From the NCBI RefSeq assembly GCF_006345805.1, contig NC_042997.1:19933001-19966000 (forward strand): a stretch of DNA of 33,000 nucleotides. The letters are read 5' to 3'. Both the position numbers and the translations under genes were made by a program. Below, piece by piece: positions 1 to 11,274 of the stretch (positions are counted from its first letter, which is position 1; the number at the start of each line of letters is the position of its first letter). The notes beneath the pieces are model-generated. The model did no database searches, was not told the DNA's origin, and saw only the letters and a list, made by a program, of their open reading frames with translations. This stretch comes from Octopus sinensis. Its lineage: Eukaryota.

Positions 1-454
1 TATATTTATACACATTTGAAAGAAGATGGAGGAGGTGGGCAGAGTGGAGGGGGTGAGTCAGTTGTCAAAGGGTTAGTGGTTAATACTCTTATGAAGATAG
101 GTTGGTGATGGAGAAGGAGCACTGGGGTATGCAGAGGTGTATGAAATTGAATAGAGGGAGGTGAATTGAGAGAGAGAGAGAGAGAGGGGTTGATAGAGAG
201 GGTGAGAAGGGCTGAGTGGGGTAACTGTACTTTTGGTTGAAGAGAAGAAATGAGAGAATGGGGAAAATATTTGTGAGGGTGAGGAGGCTGTGAGGGAATT
301 GGGATGTGATATGTAAGACGTAATCATGAGAAGGAATAATTTAGTAGAAAGGGTGGTATTAGTGGAGGGGGTAAGTAGCTAGGCTGCTCTAGTTGTACCA
401 TAAGGTTATTATAATTAAGAATAGTCATTGTTATGGGATTATATAGATTGAATA

Positions 455-900
455 AAATTGGTAAATGATGAGTAGAACCTGTGTTTGCAAGAGAGTATTA
501 CATTTGAGAATCTATTAAGTTATAAGGAGTTATGGTTGTGAAGGTTAGTTAGCAATTCCCTTAAACACAATTTTACAAAAGTCGAGGGTTGTGTTATATA
601 GGAGAGCCTCACTTATGATGGACCAGAATGGGGTATAGGGAACAGTTTGTGATTTGGGGTTGTATATATAAGTTGCTAAGGAGGTAGATAATTTAGAATT
701 TGGATTGGAGAAAGAGTACATATGTGCTTGGTAGTGGCGCTTGAAATCAACAGAGCTGCCAATATAGACCCTTGCTTTTTGAGAGCATGGTGTTATTGCA
801 GGGCTCTTGTAGACTACAATTTTTGCAAAGACAGACACTTCCAAAAGGGTAGAGTTGAGATAACCAACAACTGCAAGCTTAACTGCATGTCAGGTTCTTA
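455..900 (-). mobile_element. Penelope-like retroelement, decayed GIY-YIG endonuclease C-terminal fragment
   Basis: The minus-strand translation with two frameshifts gives CSCW..YPFGSVCLCKN / IVVYK...VYIGSSVDFKRHYQAHMYSFSNPNSKLSTSLATYIY...FWSIISEA..YN...FCK / LCLRE...LNRFSNVILSCKHR. This matches the Penelope layout CxC-CPxxGxCL, VY..YIG, FKxRYxxHxxSF, STxLSxYIW, WxII, CxLCLxE, CxH. Confidence 0.82.
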
Positions 901-999
901 TGCTTTGTTTTCAGTAATGAAGAACTGGAGGTATAATCAGTATTGGTGTTGGCTTGGGAGGGGGTATCCCCACTAGTATATGTGGTCATATGGTTCTTA

Positions 1000-1290
1000 A
1001 TTGCTTTCTCTTGTTTTGCATGTATACATATATACCTCATCATCATCGTTTAACGTCCGTTCTCCATACTAGCACGGGTTGGACGGTTCGACCGGGGATC
1101 TGGGAAGCCAAAAGGCTGCACCAGGCTCCAGTCTTATCTGGCAATGTTTCTACAGCTGGATGCCCTCCCTAACGCCAACCACTCCGTGAGTGTAGTGGGT
1201 GCTTTTTACGTGCCATATTTTGTATTTCATACCCAAGCTGTTATATTTAATACATTTAAAATTTAATTTGTTTATCCGCATAATTGCCTC
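1000..1290. repeat. Unclassified interspersed repeat, interrupted by an RTE tail
   Basis: Segments 1000-1036 and 1215-1290 join into a sequence collinear with the uninterrupted 23775-23900 (ttgctttctc..ttttgcatgtatac..tac|atattttgtatttcata.ccaa...gcataattgcctct). Confidence 0.65.
1038..1215 (-). mobile_element. 5'-truncated RTE 3' UTR/tail fragment
   Basis: Reverse complement of the 3' end of the RTE at 17646-18390, with a (CAT)n tail (GAT on the element strand). Confidence 0.85.
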
Positions 1291-1695
1291 TCTGTATACA
1301 TTTATGGAGGCAGTATGTAATTTTGTTCAATATGCTTGTTTTCAAAATACCCCTAATCCCTGCCATACAATGAAAGCATTGCAGGATTTGAGAATAAAAG
1401 TGGCAAAGGGAAATAAATTAACGCATTAAAAAAGCAAAACAAAATATTCACAAAAGAACAATTGTACATCTGTCCACAAGCTGCTAAAATGGAAGGTAAG
1501 GAAGAGGTGGGGGTGAAACATTTAAAAAAAATTTTTAATCAAAATCTGACCCCTGTCACTTTCAAGGGTGTAGTAAAAAAAATTAGAAAAATACCTGTCA
1601 AAATGGAGAAGATCCAACTTATGTGTTGTCCTGATCTGAAACTTCGCCTAATTTTGTTCCATATGTTACTTGGTTTTAGTTTCACACCGGAGCTT

Positions 1696-1846
1696 AAAGA
1701 CGTTTGACAACAAACGTATTGGACAAGATTACCTTTGTGTGTGTGTGTCTGTGTGTGTATGTGTGTGTGTGTGTGAATGTGTGTATGTGCATGCATGTAA
1801 TTTCTAATAAAGACGTTTGAAAACAAACGTATTGGACAAGATTACC

Positions 1847-1893
<47 letters not shown>

Positions 1894-1926
1894 ATGTGTG
1901 TATGTGCATGCGTGTAATTTCTAATA
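1696..1926. repeat. Two-copy tandem duplication of a ~115 bp unit containing (TG)n
   Basis: aaagacgtttga.aacaaacgtattggacaagattacc-(TG)n-atgtgcatgc.tgtaatttctaata occurs at 1696-1808 and 1809-1926. Confidence 0.9.
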
Positions 1927-2669
1927 TAGCTAGAGTCCAGTCTGTCACTACATAGACATTCAGGAATTGAATAAGACAGCTGGTGACAATCGAAATGAAG
2001 GGTAGATATTAATGTTGCATTTCTGAAGATGAAGTAAATTAGTCCATAAAACGATAATCTTATTAGCAACATATACAAAATATTAAAAAAAATATATCGA
2101 CTCAGACTTTAAGACATTTTTTGGACACATTTCTGAAAACAGTAATTATTTTGTAATTATAGATTATAAAATACGGCAAATATACAAAGAAAAAGAAATT
2201 AGGAATGATTGCTGGTGTAAATATTTGTATTCTCAAAAAATGAGATGAAAGAAATGTAAAATTCTTCTAAAATGTTTTTATAACAAATGCATCTAAAGGA
2301 ATTCTGGAAATGAAGTAAAAGATATGTACATATGGATATATATATAAATATATATATATAAGGGATTTTCTTGTATATGTAAGTGTGTGTGCGCGTGAAT
2401 GCAAGCAAGTGTGTGATTATCAGCTAGCATTCCACCATTCTGAAAGAAGCACACTAGAAGAAAAATAAATCAGTTATATTTTTGTACTATCGAGCAATAT
2501 ATTACTTGTCATGGTGTATAGCTGGTCAGGATGTTACACCAGTTTCACGTCAACTATTGCCATTGGCAACATGGATAACTTTGCAGTCATGCTGGCTGGA
2601 AGCACATAGCCTCTTTTATGTTGCAGGTGCACCTAGTATTAAAAAGTATTAGTGGACACCGATAAGTTC

Positions 2670-3066
2670 TGTGCAGAGGCAGGATGTCCATGACAATGAA
2701 TGCTCAGTGTATGGTCAATGCAAAACATGTTCTATGAAGCAGAGGTGATGCTATCCAATAGCAACAACAGAGAAATACATGTAGATACATTGGGGCAATG
2801 GAGAGCCCCTTTAAGCCTAGTCTTAATAATCGTAGATCCTCTTCTAGATGCCCAGAGAAGCGTATATGGCAATTAAAAGCTGAAAGAACACCATACAAAA
2901 TCAATTAAGAATTGCTGGAACAGCCTGGGGCATATCTGAATGGAAGTAGGTATTGCAAATTTTACTTGGCCGAGAGGAGAAGTATTCTAAAATAATCATA
3001 TGATCCGTGTTTTTTTCTTGAACTCAATATGCAGAATATTTAGTCGCTGCCTTCATGAAAAGTAAT
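2670..3066 (+). mobile_element. Second Penelope-like GIY-YIG endonuclease fragment (different family)
   Basis: The plus-strand translation with frameshifts and stops gives HDNECSVYGQC / MFYEAEV / RYIGAMESPFKPSLNNRRSSSRCPEKRIWQLKAERTPYKIN*ELLEQPGAYLNGSRYCKFYLAERRSILK* / FLNSICRIFSRCLHEK*. It is absent from the ORF track. Confidence 0.8.
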
Positions 3067-3552
3067 TAGTTTTGATAACGATATTATTCATTTAACAGGT
3101 TAGAGGGACATAACCATTATCTTCCTTTTCCTTACCGCCTTCTTCATGTTTTTCCTACATTTTCTAATGGAATAACCTTGTCATTTGATCTTAAATGATT
3201 ACCAGATCATGCATGGTATGCTATACAAGTGTGTCTGATTACTTCACTATTCAAACCTGAAACTTGATGTAGCTTACGTATAACTCCTGTCTTCTTTAAA
3301 TGATATACATATGTGTGTGTGTGTGCACTTTACAGAGTTTTCAGTAACCTAGTACAAGCTATGTATATGATAAATGAGAGAAAATTAATATATCTATAAA
3401 TCATGAATGGGGGCTTTAAATCATGTACAGATTCTTTGATCAGAGTTTAAATTCCAGCAGATGACTGAACAATTTACTCTTAATAACCGTATATATCTAA
3501 TAAGTGTTTATATTGATTGTTAAGAAATTTTTATAGATTCACTCCACCACAA

Positions 3553-3752
3553 GGGCGGTGAGCTGGTAGAATCATTAGCATGCCAAACATAATGCTTAGC
3601 AGTATTATTATAGCTTTACGCTCTGAGTTCAAATTCCGTCAAGTCAACTTTGCCTTTCAAAATCTATAAAATGGGTACCAGTTGAGTTATGGGGTCCATG
3701 TAATCAACTGATTCGCTTCACCAAAATCTCTGGTCTTATGCCTACAGTAGAA
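3553..3752 (+). mobile_element. tRNA-derived SINE, family B (ggcggtgagctgg.agaa head)
   Basis: Homologous to 11275-11488(-) and 24409-24620(+); A-box-like and B-box-like (gagttcaaattcc) motifs. Confidence 0.8.
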
Positions 3753-3820
3753 AATATCAAGTTCAACATATATCTATGGATGCAATACTGGGACAGGTCA
3801 TTTGTGTCTTGGAAGCTTAA

Positions 3821-4036
3821 CCCTTTAGTGTTTGCATTATTCTACCCAAATTAATGCTTTTTTATCCACATTGTTTTGAACTAATCATGCATATCTTGTA
3901 ACTGAGATTTGATGAGGTAGCTGTTAATTTTAAAACGACATTGTAGGGTTGGTGTGAGAGACCAGATCTGGCCAGTTTGAACATAAAACAGGCAGAATAC
4001 TTTTGGCCGGATATGGCCGGTTTAAATGCTAAAGGG
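3821..4036. mobile_element. piggyBac-type MITE, family 1
   Basis: TTAA at 3817-3820 and 4037-4040 flanks the TIRs CCCTTTAG...CTAAAGGG. A second copy lies at 31019-31568. Confidence 0.88.
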
Positions 4037-4963
4037 TTAAAGCATACACCCTCATTCAGGCACAGTAGTGTAACAAACTAGGGAAGGGAGAGATGAGCAG
4101 TCCACCCCGCATGACGCTTTTATGAAAGCAGCACTTTTGGGTCTGCTGTACAATCTGTAATGCTAGACCCGTGTGCAAAGCAGCATTCTACTGACTCTAC
4201 AGGTCATTTCTTTTCAGCCAGAGCTTTCTAAAATCCTTCTCAGATAAAAGTAAAATGTATGGAGTATCAACAGTTGGCATATTGTCCAAGATTTTTCAGC
4301 TCGACAGGCTGGTATTATTGAAGTCATCTCCACTGTATGCTTTATTTGGGTTAAGTAAATACCTATAAAAATTTCTCTCGGCTAATCACATTGATAATCT
4401 CAGGTAATTGAAGCCTTTTGAATCCCGAAAAACGTCACTGAAAATATCATATTAAAAGTGTTGAATAAACACATAATGCCACGATGCTATGCATGCTGCT
4501 TCCAATCTCTACATGACCAGGTATTGCTAATAAATGACTGACGTAAGTTTTAATTGTATTGTGTTATTTGCTTAAGAAATTGAATAAAATTGTAATCATA
4601 CAGAAATTGTGTGCAGGACATGGACGGTCAGTTAACGACTGATTGAAATTACTTTTTATTATTTCTTTAATTGTTCATAGTATTAAAATAAAATGTGGAT
4701 ATTTTCCACTAACTTTTTTCACAAGTGTCTATTTTTCGGACACCAGTTTTCTAAATCCCTCTACTACATAATGTAATCCTGCTGTTTGTGTATTTTATGT
4801 GGAAAAAAAACTCTTCCAATGCTATATTTATTAAACTGGTAAAGACCAGTGCATCACGCCCAAAATATATTAGTGAAAACTTTTAACACTCCTTTCTCTT
4901 AATGAGAAGAGACTTTATAGTGTTAGAGAGATTAAAATGTTTAAAACCATTTTATCAAATATG

Positions 4964-5313
4964 GGCACAGGCATAGCTATATGGTTAAGAAGATTGCTTT
5001 GCAACCCCATGTCTTCTATAGCTCTAAGCCAACCAATGCATTGAGAAAGAATTTGGTAGGAACAGACTGTATGGAATCCTGTTGTATATATATGTATGTG
5101 TTTGTATTCATCTCCTTCGCTATCACTTGATAACCAATGTTAGTTTGTTTACGTCCCTGTATCTTAGCAGTTCGGCAAAAGACCGATAGAATAAATACCA
5201 ATATTGAAAAAAAAATATTAAGTACTACGGTTGATTTGTTCAACTAAACTCTTCAACAAGGAATCCTAGCATGGCCGTAAACCAATGACTGAGAAAGAAA
5301 TAAGTACAATAAA
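4964..5313 (+). mobile_element. Composite tRNA/CORE-like SINE, family A (internally deleted, diverged)
   Basis: Aligns with 6804-7206: head, (TA/TG) tract, then the ttagc.gttcggcaaaagaccgatagaata...agcatggcc...aatgactga 3' module. Confidence 0.8.
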
Positions 5314-5533
5314 ACGAGAGCAATTTGACACACCTCACCTCTTGCCAAGCAATGTTGAAGGTAACTGGGTGAAATACGCCCCACTCTTGCCAGTGATATT
5401 TACGCAGACATCTCCAGGTTTTGGGACAGCCCGACACAAATATTCACACAGTATCTTATAAGTAACACCTTTTTATGTGGCGCAGTCTTTCCATATCTTC
5501 GAGTATGTAATTATTGCTGTTAGTATTGTCAGT

Positions 5534-6278
5534 GCATGATCGTGATGGTGCTAGGGAGATCTGCCTGCTTCAGAACTTCCGTGTCTGGAACTTTGTCCTG
5601 CCAGCGGATGTGAAGGAGGTTCCGAAGACACCTGAGGTGGAAGTGGTTTATCTGGCGCTCGTGCCTTCGGTAAGCAGTCCACATATCGCAGCCGTATAGT
5701 AGGGTGGTAAGCACGACTGCCCAGTAGACTTTCAGCTTGGTGTTGAGGCTGATTTCTCTCCGCTCCCAGACTTTCTTTCGCAGTCTCCCAAACGCGCTGC
5801 TTGCCTTGGAGATTCGATCATGCGCAAGGCCCAGCTGAGATGAGCAGGCCACGTCTCTCGCATGTCCGACACTCGCATCCCAAAACAGCTCTTCTACGGT
5901 GAACTCAGCCAGGGCAAACGCAAAGTCGGAGGGCAGAAGAAGCGCTTCAAGGACAGTCTCAAAGTCTCTCTCAAAGACTTCTCCATCGGCACAGAGACTT
6001 GGGAGACACTTGCTGCCGACCGCTCATCGTGGCGCAGCGCAATCACCACAGGAGCAAAGACAGCCGAGGAGAGACGGATTCAGTCAGCAGAACAGAAACG
6101 CCAGATGCGGAAAGCCAGAGCCACCTGCACCAATAGCACAGCCCCTACCCTCTTCTACCTCACTTGTGGGAGGGGCTTTCTTGCCCGTATTGGCCTCACC
6201 AGCCACCTCCTGTCTCATAGCAGCAAATCCACCAAATGATGTCAATGGTCATCTTCGAACCCGAAGGACGAACATTAT
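5534..6278 (+). mobile_element. Young RTE (BovB-like) LINE 3' end with inverted 5' part
   Basis: 5534-5816 encodes the RT C-terminus on the minus strand (RISKASSAFGRLRKKVWERR..KLKVY.AVVLTTLLYGC..W...FHLRCLRNLLHIRWQDKVPDTEVL). 5816-6239 continues on the plus strand (IMRKAQLR*AGHVSRMSDTRIPKQLFYGEL...TCGRGFLARIGLTSHLLSH). (ATT)n tail; TSD tattgtcagt at 5524-5533 and tattgtcggt at 6279-6288. Confidence 0.93.
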
Positions 6279-6299
6279 TATTGTCGGTATTTGTTAAAC

Positions 6300-6800
6300 A
6301 ACGCAGTTAATACTCTTTGTGCATTACGAAAAATCTGTTAATCGTTCGCATGTGTTGCTAGTTACTTTTTCAAGCAGACCGAGAAATACATTTTTATTCA
6401 CTAATTCAACAGCTATGCTAGCAGCAGTTGACGAAACACCCAAATATCACTCGTGCCATGTGGTGACACCCGACGCAGCTAGCAAACAACCACCATCGAG
6501 GGATATTTCGTGATATTCGACTCAGAAATAGCCAGCAAAATCCGTTAAAATAATTCCGATTCATTTAACGCGTGAACATCAACTCAACGATGAGAAAAGA
6601 TCAAAACGAGCAAAAGCCGACCCCACATGCATTTCTTACCACAGGAACCCCTACTTCTGCGAGCTACGACGTTGAGAACTTTGTTTGATTCGGTGCGTCT
6701 ATCATCTTGCTTGAAATAGGAGTCAAATCTTCCCGTCAAAACCGAGAAAACTCTTTTTTTCTCGCGAAGGTGGTTCCAGAGTAAAGTTAATTTTAAACTT
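6300..6800. promoter_or_regulatory. CpG-rich, non-repetitive promoter/first-exon-like block
   Basis: About 30 CpG in 500 bp by hand count, far above the flanks. Contains TTCTCGCGAA (~6759-6768) and a minus-strand donor TG|GTAAGA at ~6640. Function is inferred. Confidence 0.5.
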
Positions 6801-6803
6801 CTC

Positions 6804-7206
6804 CGTAAGAGTGGCTGTGTGGTAAGTAGCTTGCTTACCAACCACATGGTTCTGGGTTCAGTCCCACTGCGTGGCACCTTGGGCAAGTGTCTTCTACTCT
6901 AGCCTCGGGCCGACAAAAGCCTTGTGAGTGGATTTGGTAGACGGAAACTGAAAGAAGCCCGTAGTATATATATGTATATATATATATGTGTGTGTGTGTA
7001 TTTTTGTGTCTGTGTTTTTTCCCCCAACATCGCTTGACAACCGATGCTGGTGTGTTTGCGTCTCCGTAACTTAGCGGTTCGGCAAAAGAGACCGATAGAA
7101 TATGTACTAGGCTTACAAAGAATAAGTCCTGGGGTCGATTTGCTCGACTAAAGGTGGTGCTCCAGCATGGCCACAGTCAAATGACTGAAACAAGTAAAAG
7201 AGTAAA
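6804..7206 (+). mobile_element. Near-intact composite SINE, family A (tRNA head, CORE-like accttgggcaagtg, microsatellite, 3' module)
   Basis: A box TGGCTGTGTGG, B box GGTTCAGTCCC, central (TA)(TG) tract, tail gaaacaagtaaaagagtaaa. It resembles published octopus tRNA-derived SINEs (from memory). Confidence 0.9.
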
Positions 7207-8579
7207 GTTTACTAACTATTTAGTTAGTGAACTCGGAGTGTTCGAAAAAAATCATAATATACTTCATTCGAAAGTTAATTGTAGAAAATTTCTTTAAAAT
7301 TACCCATTTTTCCAAAAGTTATGAAGAAACAAAGCCGGTGGAACACACTTGTGTAGACATGCTTGCATTTATACAATCAATATTGTGGCATCCATCTGAT
7401 ACTTATGACACCCAATTTTGAACTTCATTATTTTTTTACCGTTTAACAAAAAATATACTTTAAATTGTGTTAAAATATGTAACTACATTGATGTCATCTT
7501 ATTAAATATAGTGTAATAAAGATTTTATGTTTCTTCTTTGAGACAGGCTGATTGAAAAAAGTTACGGACATATTCAATTATGGCAGAGGTTAGGTTTGTG
7601 GATTAATAAAATTGTTTTAGTAGCAACATTAATAATTTCTTTCATGCATTGAGCAATCATGGGGGGCAAATAATGTTATGCTTAGTAAATGAAATCTACG
7701 TATATTTTCATAGGTAACTTCAAATCTATAAACAAAAGTAATTTTCTTCAAATTTATTCAAATAGACATTACAGAAAGTATCAAACTATCAAAATAGAAT
7801 TTACATATTAAAATTTGTAAGATATTTTTTATTAACTTATTCCAGACCTAGAGTAAAATTCTGCTCCAAGCCATAACGAACAAAAGAAATAACTACAAAT
7901 ACACCTGACAAAGCAAAATTAAACACACGCATGCACGCACTGTATTTGAAATCTTATCTTAAGAGAAATAGCTCTTACATACGCTATTGTACACTCTAAA
8001 ATGATTTCAAACGTACATAGTTAGATAGTTGAATATGCATTTGAACACATTACAAAAGATACAAGCAGTGACTGACAGCTCTCGAAAATAACAGACATGC
8101 TAAATCGTATTCAAAACTTATCAAAAATTGTTGCTCTTGAAAGAAAAGCACTCTAACAAAATAAAGATGTGTCAAGCATAGTGCAACTGTTTTCCTTTGA
8201 TGTTGGTATGATAGAACAAGAATAAAAACACAAAATAAAACGTTTTACCTACTTTTGTAGAAAGAAAATATGTTTCTTTTCTACCGTGTTTCAGGTTAAT
8301 GTAAATGTGATATTATATACCATTTGCAGCCATTGTTTCATTATGTAAATGTGAAAGAGTTAAAGATAACTTCTAGACTGCTGCAAAACTCGATTTTTTT
8401 TTTCTTTTCATTCTATCTTAAAGAGTGTATGCAACTATCATGAGACTTCTCAGTATCCATATTTAAGTGTATTTCTTCCAGTGAATGCACTTGTAGGACA
8501 GACGTTATCGAACGATGTTTGAACAATTCTGACTGGATTAGGTGCATGTGTATTTTCAAGCAGACAGACACCTCTATAG

Positions 8580-8760
8580 ACCTCTCAAGCCTGACCCAAC
8601 AGAAAACATCGAGGACATACCTGTTTGAGGCTTAGGGGTCTCCACCAGCAACAGGTACTAATTTATAACTCAATAGTTCAGAGCAATAAGACCTGAAATG
8701 CCCGGCTTGACTCACGAATCAGCCATAAGGTGAATTACCCTAACCACTAGGCTACATAGT
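8580..8760 (-). mobile_element. Degenerate SINE-like element
   Basis: Minus-strand tRNA-like head tagcctagtggttaggg...gtcaagccggg; the body is not matched elsewhere in the window. Confidence 0.35.
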
Positions 8761-9683
8761 TTATATCATACTATGCTGATAAAGTGAAATAACCTGGAAA
8801 TCGTGATACATAGATATCATTTTGAGCTGAGTGGGGGTGCTAAATGCCCTTGTCTGAAAATATAAGGACACAGATCATGTTGTGTAGCCAACTGAAGATG
8901 ATGTTTCCTGGGGCAAAATTACAACATTCATCCTAAACTAGGACTGCCATGTTATGTTGGCAAATAATCTTTACTCTAGAGTACTGTTGCTGAATATCTC
9001 TCGTTGAGAGACTTACAAATAGTAATTTTCTATCATACTATGTATTCTGTGTGTTTGTAATATTTTATATGGCAATGAACCTAGGGAAAACAACCATATC
9101 CCTCTATCTTGCGAGTCATTTAATGGTTCTGGTGCAAAAAATGTTACAATGAGAACAATTATTTGGCAGGAAGCTGTTGGTGACCCACCTGAAAGAAGAG
9201 TTCACCGACAATCTTTGAAGCTATAAGTCTTGGGGTTCTCCTGACTATTGTTGCTCGACGGGAAAACTCCAAGATTGTGGTAGAGTTTCTTCGGGGTGTC
9301 AGTTGAAATATTCATCTTAGTCATCCATATTAAAAATACTGAATATACATGCAATACCATGATACTATGTAAGGTGTTTTCATTCTGTACATGTCATCTG
9401 TTGTCAATAAACGACTGACTTAAAGCTTTTGTTTCATTACCTTACTTTGCCAAAGAAATTGAATAAAAGATTGGTTTTATTTTCCTCATATGTGTAATGC
9501 CATTACATATAAATTGTGTACAAGTCATACACTGTCAGCTAACAACTGATTTAAAATATATTTTTCTGTATTTTATTACCCTAATTGTTTGTCACTGTGT
9601 ATGCTGTTATTTGTTTGGTGTGTTATGCGTACATGAAAAACACAAACATAATTGTATATTTTTATTGTAAGATTTATTGAATA

Positions 9684-10241
9684 CTAGCAGTATAACACGG
9701 CTTTGCTCAGGATTAAGTTAGGATTATTAAGCTAATCAAGTTCTTTATTTCAAACCAAACTAAGTAACATTGACATTAAATTTGGGCGAAATCTGTTGAA
9801 ATTGGTTTATATATATATATATATATATATATGGGCAACATACACACATGTACGTATGTACACCTATTGCATACATGTTTTTTGTATGCATACATGTTCG
9901 TGTGTGTGTGTGTGTTGCCTGTATATCAACAAAACACTTTTTTCCTCGATGGAAAAAAAACAACAAAAGTCTTAAAAACTTACTTGTCACTAGAAGGGGA
10001 CATAACTCCGGCTTGCAAACAATGGTGATTTCTCCGACTTGAAAATTGTTAAAAGTTTTGGTTGAAAATTTATTTTTACTGCTGTTCGCTGGTGCCTCTG
10101 GAAAGAATAAGTTGACAAAAATACAGCTATGATCATAACGAATGTTCTCCTAAAATTGGAGCGGCATGCATGCTAATTTGTGGATGTGCATAAATTACAT
10201 TCACGTACACACACACACATCCTGCCTTTTATATTTACAGA
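9684..10241 (-). mobile_element. Non-autonomous Helitron
   Basis: On the minus strand: A|TCTGTAAATATAAAAG start and cctgagcaaagccgtgttatactgCTAG|T end, matching the ends of the three plus-strand Helitrons. Confidence 0.7.
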
Positions 10242-11274
10242 TGTTTCTATGGAGTTCTAATGACTGCTGGGTGTAGGAGATTAGAAATTAGCTTCAATGT
10301 AACAAATATTTAAAGTAATGATTAAGTAATTTTCGAAATGACAGAAAGAGTTGGTTCGTGATTATGAAGAAGTATGTCTGCAGGAAATAAATGCATAATG
10401 TGCATGAAATCATCTACAAGTGAGTCTGTAGAAAATAAATGCAAAAGTAGCATAAACACGACTCTTTTGCAAGATTATGAAGCATTCTAACATGATAACA
10501 AATGAAGTCTGCAGAGTTGCAACTATTTTCTTAACGGAACAGTGAAATGTAAACCCACAAGATTAATTATGCAAAGAGTAAAGAGCACAGGGACATGCAA
10601 AGAAAGAGTTCTTGTGTCTATTTTGTGAAGTCATGTGTGTGTAAAGGTGTATTTTTTTGTTTGAGTCGCTGGCCACAAGCTGGGCTGCAAAGTTTGACTG
10701 TGTGGTCTCCATGAAAGCGGTAGTAGTTGAGTAGAGAATTGTAGGTCGTCGACATTCAGTTGTAGGAAAATAACATTGTAGTTTTCCTGCTGTTAGTTGT
10801 ATAACACCAGCATAGCTAATTGGACTGTAATGTTTAGCTGGTAGACTAAGTGGACTGTGGACATCACTATTATATGCTACTTGTGCTAGCCATCTCATGG
10901 AACAGAATGCTCTTCCTGATTCAAATGATAGTAACAGCTAAAAGCGAATATTCTATCGAGCTGGAATGTCGGTTCACTATTTTTGGATTTGAACTGTGTG
11001 GGGGTGGGGTGAGTATATGTATTCTTTGGTGAGTCTCAAACCTCAACAGTTCTCATTGACACGCATTTGCTTAAGTACTAAAAAAAAAATAGAGTGAGAA
11101 ATTCAGCATCATTGTATATGTTGTTCATGATAGGGAATGATATCGCTGCTAGCTGGTTGGTTGATAATCAGAAAAAACTGTGTGACAAAAACATGATCTA
11201 CGTATAGTACAGACCTGGCAACTAAATGAATATTTGTGGTTTGATTCTAGGTTTCACAACATGCTTCTGATATT

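Noticed and set aside
1-450. 84 aa Ser/Pro-rich ORF at 73-327
   Set aside because: A low-complexity purine/pyrimidine-skewed tract, probably the 3' UTR of the Penelope-like fragment.
4080-4440. Protein-like minus frame SDVFRDSKGFNYLRLSM*LAERNFYRYLLNPNKAYSGDDFNNTSLSS*KILDNMPTVDTPY..., considered as TGA=Trp (NUMT), selenoprotein or editing-rescued
   Set aside because: TAG stops also occur, the sequence is not mitochondrial-like, no motif is recognisable and no consistent splice model exists. A tblastn is still worthwhile.
6804-6870. tRNA genes at SINE heads
   Set aside because: A and B boxes are present, but there is no complete cloverleaf and they continue into SINE bodies.
10563-10898. 111 aa minus-strand ORF
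   Set aside because: No recognisable domain; T-rich strands stay open easily; no supporting exon context.
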